A stretch of 64,000 bases of DNA from Anaerolineae bacterium. GTDB lineage: Bacteria; Chloroflexota; Anaerolineae; S140-20. The notes under the pieces are model-generated. The model did no database searches and had not been told where the DNA came from. It worked only from the letters and a program-made list of their open reading frames with translations. The translations under genes were made by a program, and so were the position numbers. The stretch is from the NCBI GenBank assembly GCA_027021705.1, contig JALUTT010000059.1:1-64000 (forward strand), in the 5' to 3' direction. Shown piece after piece: positions 37,267 to 47,162 of this stretch (position 1 is its first letter; each line of letters opens with the position of its first letter).

Positions 37267-38064
37267 TCAGCGCATCAACCGGCGCCACTCTTCCTTCAGT
37301 TGCAGGGTGTCCAGATCGTCGGTGACCAGGAAGTCGCGCAGCAGTCGGTTGAACTTGGCCTTTTCCTCCAGCATCGGGAAGTGGCGGGTCGAGGGCAGGG
37401 TGATGAAGTGGACCTGCCCCCCTGTTCCCAACAGCCCGTTGAGCCGCTCAGCTTGGGGGGGAGGGACGACGTTATCTCGTTCCCCGTGCACCAGCAGCAC
37501 AGGGACCTGGATACGGGCCAGCTTGAGGGAAAGGTTCAGCCCCCGGACGGAGTTGGCGCTGTTGATCACGGCGGTCTCTTCCGTCTTGGTGGCCTCAACG
37601 CGTACGGGTTCGTATTCGGGGGGAAGACGCCGGCCCAGGACACGGTCCACCGGTGTGCTCCCCCCCTGGTTGGAAAGGCGAGGGTTCAGGGTTTCTCCCA
37701 GCAAAGGCAGGCTGACGGCCATCACTCGAGAGACCATATCGGGATGGCGGGCGGCCAGCAGCACAGCGGTCACAGCCCCCAGGGCGTGGCCCACCAACGG
37801 GACAGGGGGTTTGATGCCCAGGTTGGTGATGAAGTCCCGCACCAGCGCTACGTAAGATTCGACGTCGTAATGGCTGTCCAGCCGGTCCGAATCACCGAAT
37901 CCCCAGAGGTCCAGGGCATAGGTGCGGTATTCGATGGAGAGTTCCTCCATCGTCGGCACCCAATAGCGCCACGAGCCCAGCCAGCCATGGATGAAGAGCA
38001 GCGGAGGTCCTCGGCCAATGGCTTCGTAATGGACCAGGCCATCACCGATGATAATCGCGCTCAT
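37267..38064 (-). CDS. Alpha/beta hydrolase fold protein with nucleophile Ser replaced by Ala
   Basis: FIHGW, ALDLWGFGDS, GHALG, HGERDNVV, RHFPMLE. Confidence 0.85.
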   Translation of the reverse strand: MSAIIIGDGLVHYEAIGRGPPLLFIHGWLGSWRYWVPTMEELSIEYRTYALDLWGFGDSDRLDSHYDVESYVALVRDFITNLGIKPPVPLVGHALGAVTAVLLAARHPDMVSRVMAVSLPLLGETLNPRLSNQGGSTPVDRVLGRRLPPEYEPVRVEATKTEETAVINSANSVRGLNLSLKLARIQVPVLLVHGERDNVVPPPQAERLNGLLGTGGQVHFITLPSTRHFPMLEEKAKFNRLLRDFLVTDDLDTLQLKEEWRRLMR

Positions 38065-38082
38065 CGGATTCTTATCCTCTCC

Positions 38083-38484
38083 CTATACCTGTACCTGCTC
38101 CGCTCTGCGGGCTTGGACGCGCCTCAGGATGGCACGGATCTTCTCGACCAACTCTCCCGGGTCGAAGGGCTTCAGGATATATTCCTCTGCCCCTAGCTCC
38201 AGCCCCTGCTGAATCTCCGCCTCTTGCCCTTTGGCCGAGAGGAAAACGATAGGGATGTTCTGGGTGAGCGGATCGGCCTTCAGTTGGGAACAGGCCTCGT
38301 AGCCGGTCATCTTGGGCATGCGCACATCGAGCAGAATCAGGTCGGGGATCTCCTCTCGAGCCTTCTCGACGGCTTCCTCCCCATTGTTGGCCTTGATGAT
38401 CTCAAAGCCCCCCAAACTGCTCAGGGTGAACGCGATCAACTCCCGAATATCCCGTTCGTCTTCGGCAACCAGTATCTTCGTCAT
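38083..38484 (-). CDS. Single-domain response regulator
   Basis: ILVAEDE, DLILLDVRMP, FLSAK, ILKPF. Confidence 0.92.
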   Translation of the reverse strand: MTKILVAEDERDIRELIAFTLSSLGGFEIIKANNGEEAVEKAREEIPDLILLDVRMPKMTGYEACSQLKADPLTQNIPIVFLSAKGQEAEIQQGLELGAEEYILKPFDPGELVEKIRAILRRVQARRAEQVQV

Positions 38485-38566
38485 TGGTAACCCCTGCTTT
38501 CCTCGCCCCTTCTTCGATGTTCTTCCCTTGCACCTGGGCTTCTGGGGCCCAGGATGACGGGCCCGA

Positions 38567-41500
38567 TCAGGCCGTCCCTTTGCCCTCCAACGTGCTTTCC
38601 ATCAACCGCTCGATCTCTTCCATCAACGTCTCGATGGCAAAGGGCTTGGTCAGAAAGTGAGACGCTCCCAGCGCCAGAACTTTCTCCCGATGCCGCTCCG
38701 GCTCCGTCAGGCTGGCGGTCATAACCACGACCGGGATCTCCCGGGTGGCGGGGTCCTCCTTCAGGCGGGTCAACGTCGTGTACCCGTCCAGTCCCGGAAT
38801 CTTCAGGTCCAACAGGATCAGGTCGGGGCGGTGTTCTCGGGCCAGGGCCAGCCCCTCCTCGCCCCGGTAAGCGGCGAGAACGGTGAACCCACGCTCCTGG
38901 AGGACCTGCTGCAGCAAGGCGATGGTGTCCCGATCGTCGTCCACCACCAGGATGCTCCCTTTGGACTCCAGGATCTGGTCAACGACGTGGAGCAGTCGGC
39001 CCTCGTCTATGGGTTTGGTCAGGTAGTCCACGGCCCCCAAACGGAGCCCTTTCTGCTTGTCCTGCAGGATGGAGACGATCACGACGGGGATGTCGGTTGT
39101 GGAAGCGTCTTCCTTCAAGCTCTGCAGGAGTTCGAACCCATCCATGTCGGGCAGCCGAATGTCCAGCGTGATCAGGTCGGGGTGCATCTGGCGGGCCAGG
39201 GCCAGGGCCGTCTGCCCCTGATGAGCGATGATGGCCTGGTAGCCGCTGCCCTCCAGGTGATGACCAAGCAGGTTGGCGATGTCCGGGTCGTCCTCAACGA
39301 TGAGCACCCGGCGCACCCGAGGACCACGACCGTTGCCGGGATGGCCTTGGACGACCTCTTCCTCGACCTCCGGGGGGGCCTGGGGAAGAGGTTCCTCTTC
39401 CTCCTCCTGCGCAATGGGGAGGGTGAAGCTGAAGGTACTCCCTTGACCCGGCTCGCTCTCCACCCAAATCTCCCCGCCGTGCATCTCCACCAGCGATTTG
39501 ACGATGGAGAGCCCCAGACCCGTCCCCCGAATCTCCTGGACGAGGGGATGATCGGCCCGGAAGAAGCGGTCAAAGATCTTCTCCTGATCCTGAGGGGTGA
39601 TGCCGATGCCGGTATCCTTAACCTGGATCAGGACCATCTCACCCTGGCGCTCTGCCTGCACCGTGATCTCCCCTTCTGGCGGGGTGTACTGGTAGGCATT
39701 GCTGACCAGGTTGGTGAGGACTTGGATGAGACGGGCCGAGTCGCCCCAGACGGGGGGCAGGTCGGGCGCGACTTGGGAGTGCAGCCGCAGCCCCTTCTCC
39801 TCGGCCTTGCGGCGCAGGCTTTCCATCACCTGTTCCACCAGGCTGGCGACGTTGACCGCCCGCTTCTCCAACTCGATGCGACCGCTGTCAATGCGACCGA
39901 TGTCCAAGAGATCGTTCACCAGGTCGCTCAAGCGGTCGGCGTTGGACTTGATGATGCGCAGGAACCGCTCCTGGCCCTCGGTCAGCCGCCCGGCCGTGCC
40001 CAGGAGGAGCAGGTCGGCATACCCCTTGATGGAGGTCATCGGGGTGCGCAGTTCGTGGGAGACGGTGGAGACGAACTCGCTCTTGGCGCGCTCAGCTTCC
40101 ACCTCCTTGGTAATGTCCCGGAAGACGGAGACGGTGCCCAGGAACTCTTCTTCCATATGGACAGGGGCCAGGTGGACGCTGACGACCCGCCCCTCAATCT
40201 CCAGCCGCTCCTCCAGGTATCGGGTCTCGGCGTCCAGCATCTCTTCTGGTTCCTGCATCCACCGCTCCACCAGGGCGACCCAGGAACGGCCAGCGGTCCC
40301 GTAGAGCCCCAGCAGCTCATCAATGGAACGGCCTATAATCTGCCGACGTGGGGTGTTGAGGATCCGTTCCGCTGCCGCGTTGAAGAGGATCACGTGGCCG
40401 GTGGTGTCGGTGACCATGACGCCATCGGCGACGCCTTCCAAGATGGCCTGGCTCTTGGCCGCCTCGACCTGGATCTTCTTGAGCATCGCTCCCAGCCGTT
40501 CAGCACCCTCCCGAATCAGCCGGTAGAGCTCGGCGTTGTTGATGGCATTGGCCACTTGGATGGCGGCCGCCTCGACCAGGCGCAGATGGTCTTCGGTGAA
40601 GCGATCGGCCTCTTTGTGGAAGAGGAGGAGGGCCCCCATCGCTTCATCTCCTACAATGAGGGGGATCGCCAGGGCGGAGCGGTAGGAGCGCGGCTGTCCG
40701 TTGTCCACCCAGCGGGGGTCATGGTGGATGTCGGGCACGATGGCCGGCTCTTTGTGGGCGATGACCCAGCCGGCCAGCCCCTCCCCTCGGCGGAAGGGTG
40801 TGGGGGCTCCCCGGGGTGGGAGCCGCCGTGAGCCTCCCAGGCTCGCCCGCTGGATCAGATGGTCGGTCTGGGGATCCACCATGAAGATGGCTCCCCGATC
40901 CGCCTCCACAGCCTCTACCACCAGTTCCAACGCCCGGTTCAGCACACGATCCAGGTCCAGACTGGCGCTCAACTCACTGGTGATCCGATAAAGGGTTTCG
41001 ACCCGATCCCGCTCCATCGTTAGTTCTTCCAGCGCCTGGGCCAGCTCCTGGGTTCGCTCCTCAACCCGCTGCTCCAGCTCCTGGCTGAAGCGGGTGACCT
41101 GCTCGAAGAGCCGGGCATTTTCAATGGCTACAGCGGCGCCGTTGGCGAAGGTGAGGGCCAGTTCTGCCTTCGCCCTGTCGTAGAAGTTGGGCTCCTTCTT
41201 GTCCAAGGTCAGCATCCCCAGCAACCGATCTCCGTAGAGGAGGGGGACGCCCATCCAGGAGCGGATGTGGTCGTGGGGCGGTTCCCGGAAGGGTGCGTAG
41301 ACGGCCGGAGCATCGGCCACGATGAAGGGGGCCCGCCGCCGCACCACCTCCGTGTTGGGGTTGTCCCCACCGATGGGGAAGGTCAGCCCTACCACCGCTT
41401 CCAACTCCTCGAAGCCTCGCCCGCCGATGATCCGCAGGTGATCCTCCTCCAGCAATTGGATGGAGGCGCTGTCATACTCGACCACCTTGCGCAGTTCGTC

Positions 41501-44500
41501 CAGGATCAGGTCCAGCACTTCCTCTAGCCGCAGGGTAGAGCTGATCACCCGGGAGACCTCGACAAGGGCGGCCAGTTCCGCTGCCCGCCGCTCGGCGGCC
41601 TCGTACAGACGGGCGTTGACGATGGCCACGGCGGCTTGGGCCGCCACCGTGGTCAGCACCCGCAGGTGCTCCTCGTCGTAAGCCTGACTGTCTTGGAAAT
41701 CTTGGACGGCGATGACGCCGATCACCTCTTCGCCGGCGATCATCGGGACGCCCAACCAGGAGCAGGCTGGTCGGCCCAAGGGGGTGATGCCCATCCTCTC
41801 CATCTGGGCTTCAATATCGCCGACCAGGAGCAACGGCTGGCGGGTTCTAAGCACGTAGCCCGTCAGGCCAGCGTGGAGGGGGATGGGCTCCTGGAAGACC
41901 GGCTTCCCTTCCTCGTAGAAGAGGGGGAAGCAGATCTGCCCTTTTTCCTCCTCCAGCAGCGCGACGAAGATGTTGGAAGTGTCCATCAACCGGCCCAACT
42001 GCTGGCGGAGCGATTCTAGCACGTCGTCCAAGCGAACCGTGGCGGACAGGGCCCGTCCGATCTCGTTAACGATGGAGAGCTCGGTGAGTCGTCGCTCCTT
42101 CTCGGCATAGAGCCGGGCGTTCTCGATGGCGATGGCCGCCTGGGTGGCGAAGATCTCCAGCACCTCCACCGTGTTGCGGTCGGGGATGCGGTCGTCGCGG
42201 GGCTCGTCCACGGACATAATGCCCCAGATCTGACCGCCGGGGCCGCGCAGGGGCACGATGAGCATATCCTCCGCGTGCCAGTGTCCTGGCTCCCGCTCGA
42301 CCACGGGCAGGAGGGTGTAGGTATCCAGCCCCTCGGTCACCTCGGTCCTCTCGGCCGGGATGTAGTAGCTCTGACTGATGCGGAACTCGTCACATAGGAC
42401 CTTCTCCACTTCGGACCAGGGCTGAGTGACCTGCTTCAGCCGCTCGAAGACGGCCAAGGGGAGGCCGGCCATCGCCGCCCGGCGCAGGTGCTCGCCCTCC
42501 AAGACGCTGATGAGGACGATGTTGAACCCCACCGCCTCCTGGACGGCGTAGGCCACCTCCTCCAGGATCTCCTCCAGAGGGCGGTCGGCCCGGAAGGCCT
42601 GGCTGATCTGGAAGAGGTTGGCCAACTGCTCGGCCCGGCGGCGGAGCAGGTCACTGCGTTCCAACTGTTCCTGGTAGCGCCGAGCATTGCCGATGGCCAA
42701 GGCCGCCTGGGCCGCCAGCGCCTCCAGGAACTCGACGTGGCTGGGGGTGAAAGCGGCCTGGCGCGGGCTCTCCAGGTTGAGCACCCCGACCACGGTGGCG
42801 GCGTGCCGGATAGGGATGGCCACTTCGGAACGGGTCTCTGGAATGACCGGCAGGTAGTCGGGATCCTGGTGCACATCATCCACCCGGGCCGGCTCCCCGG
42901 TCTGAGCGACCCGTCCGACGATCCCTACCCCGGGCTGGAGCTCTATCTTCATCTCCCGGCGAGGACGGGCAGCTCCCTTGCTCGCCCGCAGGACCAGGTG
43001 CTCTCCTTCGGGGTCCAGCAGGTAGATGCTCCCGTAGAAGGCATCAGTGGCCCGGAGCGCCTCCGTCAGCACCATGTCCAAGATGCGGTTCAGGTCCAAC
43101 GTAGCATTGAGTTCCTGACCAATGCGGCTCAGGGCGGTTAGTTCCTCCACCCGCTCCTGGAGTTGCTCATCGGTCTGGCCGTAGAGGCGGGCGTTCTGGA
43201 TGGCCACGGTGACGTGCTGGGCGAAGATGCGGGCCACTTCGATCTCATCCTGGCTGAAACGGCGAGGGGCTCCCTTGCTGGCGACGGCCAGGGCTCCCAT
43301 CACCTCATCCCCGAAGATGAGGGGGATGGCCAAGACGGAGCGCAGCCCCTCACGATCGGCCAATCCAGGCCGCCCCAGGTTGGCCTCGGGAAGATCGGGG
43401 ATGACGATGGGAGTCCAAGAGCGATCGGGAGAGGTAATCAGGGCGAGAGCCCGGTCCCGGAGGATTTGCTCCTGGGCGACGTACTCCTGGGAGAGGCCGT
43501 AGCTGGCCTGGAAACGGAGCACTTCGTCGTCCGGCTCACTCATCAGGAGGGCGGTGGCCGGGGCGTCGAAGAGATGGGCGGCCTGCTCCACGATGGTGGG
43601 CAGGAGCTCCGGCAGGTTGAGCTTGGTGCTGATGGTGGCAACGCTGCTCTGGAGACGCTCCAGGGCCAGGCGTCGCCGCTGCTCCGCCCGGTAGAGGCGG
43701 GCGTTTTCTACGACGGCTGCCGCCTGGTGGGCGAAGAGGGCCAGCAGCCGGGCGTCGGCCTCGCTAAAGGGTTTCCCATCGCGCCGGTTGGATGCCTGGA
43801 TGATGCCGATCCGACGCTCCCCGACAATCATCGGGGCCAGGATGGTCGCCCGGACGCCGGCGATGAGGGCCAGAGGCTTGAGGCCCGCCTCGGCAACCAG
43901 CGGTTCCCCGGGTAGGTCGTTGCTCATCCAGTACTCCCCCTCGGTCCAGATCTGCCAGGCGGTCGTGTCCGGCTGGAGGGGGATTCGATAGCGCTGCACG
44001 ATCTCGTCGGGCACGCCATAGAAAGGAGCCTGAGCGACCAGGGCCTGCTCCTCTTCCTCGTAGAGGAGGACGCCTACCATCTCCACGTCCATCAGGTCCG
44101 CGATCCGCTGGGTCAGGTAGGTGTAGAGCTCATGTTGGTCGGTCAAGGCCCCGATCGCCTTGGAGATCTCGTGCAGCCCCGCCATCACCGTCAGACGTTG
44201 CTCGCGCTCCTGGTAGAGTTGGGCGTTCTCGATGACCGCCGCCGCCTGGTTGGCCAGGATGCAGAGCAGGCGGATGTCGTTCTCGTCGAAGGGGGAGCCA
44301 TCGTGCTTGTTGGAGACCTGCAGGATGCCGAACCGACGTCCGCCCACCGACAGCGGGGCCAGGAGCGTGCGCTGCACCCCGACCGTCGTGGCCAAGGGGA
44401 TGAGTCCGGCCTCGGCCACCATCGGGTCCTGAGCGACCTGGTTGCTCACCCAGTACTCGCTCTCCCGCCAGATCCGCTCCATCCGGCTGCCGGGAGGGAC

Positions 44501-46129
44501 GGGAATCTTGTAGTAGGCGACCAACTCGTCGGGTACCCCGTAGAAGGGAGGGCGGCTGACCAGCGCCTGTTGGGCCTCGTTGTAGAGGAGTACACCGGCC
44601 ATCTCTACCCCCATCAGCCGGGCAACGCGCTCGCTGATGCGGGCGTAGACCTGGTCCACGTCCTCCAGGGCGCTGATGGCCTGAGAGATCTGGTAGAGAC
44701 CGGCCAGCTCCTTGAGCCGCTGCTGTCGCTCTTCGTAGAGGCGGGCGTTCTGAATGGCGATGGCCGCTTGGTTAGCCAGGGAGTTCAGGGTGCTCAGGAT
44801 GCTCTCGGGAAAGGCCCCCAGCTCGTAACTGACCAACTCCAAGGAGCCGATGAACTCGTCGCCGGCCATCAGGGGCAGCCCCACGTAGGAGCGGAAGGGG
44901 TACTCGGGGCTGTCCAGCTTGGGGCGCACGTCCCGGCGGGCTTGCACATCAGGGATCCAGAGCATCTGCCGGTGGCGAGCGATCCAGCCGCTGTATCCCT
45001 CGTCCAGGTGATAGACGTTGCCCACGCGCTCGGCGTAATCCCTGTGGCCCTCCTGGGTGAAGGAGCGCATCACCTGGGCCTCCGGGTCCCACAGGCAGAT
45101 CTCCGCAATGGCATAGGGGGCCAGTTCCCCTGCAGCCTCCAGGATGGCCTGCAGGGTCTCCTCCAAATTGAGGCTGGTGCTGATGGTGCGGCTGATGCGG
45201 TTGACGATGGAGAGTTCCTCCACTCGGCGGGCCAGGGAGGTGTCGGCGATCTGGTAGAGGCGGGCATTTTCGATGGCGATGGCGCTCTTCTCGGCGATCG
45301 CCTCCAGCAGTTCCAGGTCACTCTGCTCGAAGCCCCCCTGCACCTTGTTGTAGAAGCAGAGCAGGCCGAAGGGTTCACGACCGCGCCGCAGAGGGACGGC
45401 CAACATCGTGTGGATGAAGCCGCTGCTCCGATCTACCGTCCAGCAGTAGCGGTGGTCTGAGGGGAGATCGTTGTGCAGGAAAGGCTGGTTACGGTGCAGG
45501 ATCCAATCGGCCAGGGTCTCTCGATCGAGGGGGCGCTCATTGGCCCGTTGCACCAGTTCGGGAGGCAAGCCTCGGCTCGCCGTCAGGCGCAGACGGCGCT
45601 CTCGCTCGTCGTAGAGGAGCACCTCGGCCGCCGTGGCCGAGAGGAGGGGCATCGCCCGGTCCAAAATCAAATCCAACAACTCGTCCAGGTTCAACTCCCG
45701 GCTGAAGGCCGCCCCCAGGGTGTCCAGCGTGCGATAGAGTTCCTTCTGACGACGCTGAACGCCGGCCAGTTGGCCGACCACGTAGGCCAGGACGTTGAAG
45801 AGGACGATGGAGGTGAGCATCTCAATGGCCTGAGGTGAGAACCCCTCCTCGCTGAGGATGGGAGCCAGAAGGGGGATGAAGAGGGAAACGGCTGCCAGGG
45901 CTGTGGCCAATCCGGCACCCACCCCCCAGAAGGCGGCGGCTAGGATGATGGGGACCAGGTAGAGGTAACGAAGGGCCTGGGCCCAGGGGACCCCCATATT
46001 CGCTGTGGAGTAGACCACCACCGTGACCAGGGCAGTGCTCAGGACCACAGTGCCCAGGATGATGCCATAGGGCTGTTGGACGGAGAGTCGTAGTCTGCCT
46101 CGTTGTGTCTGGGATGTCAGGAGGTTCAT
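38567..46129 (-). CDS. Membrane-bound hybrid histidine kinase: TM region, 10 GAF, PAS, HisKA, HATPase, 2 receiver domains
   Basis: Ten A(I/V)xNA(R/Q/E)(L/R)(Y/F) GAF ends, FNAAAE PAS, VSHELRTP H-box, NLVSNA, DTGIGI, GTGLGL, two REC domains. Confidence 0.92.
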   Translation of the reverse strand: MNLLTSQTQRGRLRLSVQQPYGIILGTVVLSTALVTVVVYSTANMGVPWAQALRYLYLVPIILAAAFWGVGAGLATALAAVSLFIPLLAPILSEEGFSPQAIEMLTSIVLFNVLAYVVGQLAGVQRRQKELYRTLDTLGAAFSRELNLDELLDLILDRAMPLLSATAAEVLLYDERERRLRLTASRGLPPELVQRANERPLDRETLADWILHRNQPFLHNDLPSDHRYCWTVDRSSGFIHTMLAVPLRRGREPFGLLCFYNKVQGGFEQSDLELLEAIAEKSAIAIENARLYQIADTSLARRVEELSIVNRISRTISTSLNLEETLQAILEAAGELAPYAIAEICLWDPEAQVMRSFTQEGHRDYAERVGNVYHLDEGYSGWIARHRQMLWIPDVQARRDVRPKLDSPEYPFRSYVGLPLMAGDEFIGSLELVSYELGAFPESILSTLNSLANQAAIAIQNARLYEERQQRLKELAGLYQISQAISALEDVDQVYARISERVARLMGVEMAGVLLYNEAQQALVSRPPFYGVPDELVAYYKIPVPPGSRMERIWRESEYWVSNQVAQDPMVAEAGLIPLATTVGVQRTLLAPLSVGGRRFGILQVSNKHDGSPFDENDIRLLCILANQAAAVIENAQLYQEREQRLTVMAGLHEISKAIGALTDQHELYTYLTQRIADLMDVEMVGVLLYEEEEQALVAQAPFYGVPDEIVQRYRIPLQPDTTAWQIWTEGEYWMSNDLPGEPLVAEAGLKPLALIAGVRATILAPMIVGERRIGIIQASNRRDGKPFSEADARLLALFAHQAAAVVENARLYRAEQRRRLALERLQSSVATISTKLNLPELLPTIVEQAAHLFDAPATALLMSEPDDEVLRFQASYGLSQEYVAQEQILRDRALALITSPDRSWTPIVIPDLPEANLGRPGLADREGLRSVLAIPLIFGDEVMGALAVASKGAPRRFSQDEIEVARIFAQHVTVAIQNARLYGQTDEQLQERVEELTALSRIGQELNATLDLNRILDMVLTEALRATDAFYGSIYLLDPEGEHLVLRASKGAARPRREMKIELQPGVGIVGRVAQTGEPARVDDVHQDPDYLPVIPETRSEVAIPIRHAATVVGVLNLESPRQAAFTPSHVEFLEALAAQAALAIGNARRYQEQLERSDLLRRRAEQLANLFQISQAFRADRPLEEILEEVAYAVQEAVGFNIVLISVLEGEHLRRAAMAGLPLAVFERLKQVTQPWSEVEKVLCDEFRISQSYYIPAERTEVTEGLDTYTLLPVVEREPGHWHAEDMLIVPLRGPGGQIWGIMSVDEPRDDRIPDRNTVEVLEIFATQAAIAIENARLYAEKERRLTELSIVNEIGRALSATVRLDDVLESLRQQLGRLMDTSNIFVALLEEEKGQICFPLFYEEGKPVFQEPIPLHAGLTGYVLRTRQPLLLVGDIEAQMERMGITPLGRPACSWLGVPMIAGEEVIGVIAVQDFQDSQAYDEEHLRVLTTVAAQAAVAIVNARLYEAAERRAAELAALVEVSRVISSTLRLEEVLDLILDELRKVVEYDSASIQLLEEDHLRIIGGRGFEELEAVVGLTFPIGGDNPNTEVVRRRAPFIVADAPAVYAPFREPPHDHIRSWMGVPLLYGDRLLGMLTLDKKEPNFYDRAKAELALTFANGAAVAIENARLFEQVTRFSQELEQRVEERTQELAQALEELTMERDRVETLYRITSELSASLDLDRVLNRALELVVEAVEADRGAIFMVDPQTDHLIQRASLGGSRRLPPRGAPTPFRRGEGLAGWVIAHKEPAIVPDIHHDPRWVDNGQPRSYRSALAIPLIVGDEAMGALLLFHKEADRFTEDHLRLVEAAAIQVANAINNAELYRLIREGAERLGAMLKKIQVEAAKSQAILEGVADGVMVTDTTGHVILFNAAAERILNTPRRQIIGRSIDELLGLYGTAGRSWVALVERWMQEPEEMLDAETRYLEERLEIEGRVVSVHLAPVHMEEEFLGTVSVFRDITKEVEAERAKSEFVSTVSHELRTPMTSIKGYADLLLLGTAGRLTEGQERFLRIIKSNADRLSDLVNDLLDIGRIDSGRIELEKRAVNVASLVEQVMESLRRKAEEKGLRLHSQVAPDLPPVWGDSARLIQVLTNLVSNAYQYTPPEGEITVQAERQGEMVLIQVKDTGIGITPQDQEKIFDRFFRADHPLVQEIRGTGLGLSIVKSLVEMHGGEIWVESEPGQGSTFSFTLPIAQEEEEEPLPQAPPEVEEEVVQGHPGNGRGPRVRRVLIVEDDPDIANLLGHHLEGSGYQAIIAHQGQTALALARQMHPDLITLDIRLPDMDGFELLQSLKEDASTTDIPVVIVSILQDKQKGLRLGAVDYLTKPIDEGRLLHVVDQILESKGSILVVDDDRDTIALLQQVLQERGFTVLAAYRGEEGLALAREHRPDLILLDLKIPGLDGYTTLTRLKEDPATREIPVVVMTASLTEPERHREKVLALGASHFLTKPFAIETLMEEIERLMESTLEGKGTA

Positions 46130-47025
46130 CGTAGCACGCTCATCAGACCAAAGACCACGTTGCTAGCATAGCCTGGCAGGATGCTGCGGGACCAGCGGAA
46201 GAGGGCCGAGGCCGTGAACGCAGCAGTCAGGCTGTAGAAGGCCGCGCCTACGATGATCAAAGGATCCGCACTGAAGTTCTGCTTGACCAAGACGGTAGCC
46301 GCTTCCAGCCCGGCAGTCAGGAAGGCAGCCGTCCAGAATCCGAGCCCTCGGGAGAAGTAGAGTTCGTTGAAGACAACCCCACGCATGAAGAGCTCTTCGG
46401 ACAGGGACTGAGGCCCAACCTCGTAGCAGGTTTGCCAGAAGAAATAGGGCCAGGGTTTCCAGGAGAGAGAGTCCAGGCCAGAGAGGGCGATAATGGCGAG
46501 GAGGTGACTGCCGATGAGCAGGCCCACACTCGCACCCACCGGCACCTGGGCCCGCCAGTGACGGAAATCGAGCCCCACCCGGCGCATTGCTTCGGGCTTC
46601 TTCTTCACGGCGAAGGCTACGATGCCCCAGAAGAGGAGCATTATCCCCCCCCAGAGCAGGCGGAGGCTGGAGGCGCGGGGACTTCGGAGCAGTTCTCCTT
46701 GGAGTCCGCCCTTCGTCAGAAGATCGCTCCCGATCATCACGCCTAGCCCCACGACATAGGCGAAGAAGGTCCAGCGCCGAGCCTGTCGGGGGCGGTGGCG
46801 CAATCCGTACCAGATGGCGGCTGCCAGGTAGAGACAGAGTGAGAAAGCCTCAGCGGTAATGGAGGTGATCACCGTTGGCCATCCCATCCGGTCCACGATG
46901 CCCACACCTGCTATGGACAACACGGCTACCAGAAAGATGACGCCCGTGGTCCGGCGGCGTTCTTGCCTCAGTCTCTCCGTTCGCTCTACCCAGTCGTCGC
47001 GGACGGTGTAAACAAGGGCCGACAT
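46126..47025 (-). CDS. CPBP (CAAX protease-like) intramembrane protein, probably degenerate
   Basis: EELFMRG motif, multiple TMs; downstream His motifs not evident; ATGA overlap with the kinase. Confidence 0.65.
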   Translation of the reverse strand: MSALVYTVRDDWVERTERLRQERRRTTGVIFLVAVLSIAGVGIVDRMGWPTVITSITAEAFSLCLYLAAAIWYGLRHRPRQARRWTFFAYVVGLGVMIGSDLLTKGGLQGELLRSPRASSLRLLWGGIMLLFWGIVAFAVKKKPEAMRRVGLDFRHWRAQVPVGASVGLLIGSHLLAIIALSGLDSLSWKPWPYFFWQTCYEVGPQSLSEELFMRGVVFNELYFSRGLGFWTAAFLTAGLEAATVLVKQNFSADPLIIVGAAFYSLTAAFTASALFRWSRSILPGYASNVVFGLMSVLR

Positions 47026-47162
47026 AGCCTCCTCCCCTGATGAGCTCCTCACTGCCCTAGCTCCGGCCCTCTGAGGCCGAGAGGCGGCGAGGAGGTCCTT
47101 TCCGCTGACCCTGCCCTCTCGGTGCCTGAGGACCCTCCAAGGCGTCCGTCAGGGCGGGGGGA

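Noticed and set aside
36793..38196. Recurring peptides such as AYPPAG...MGYLKHGFASETRLTCGRVN in several ORFs
   Set aside because: They are translations of MITE family A, not a protein family.
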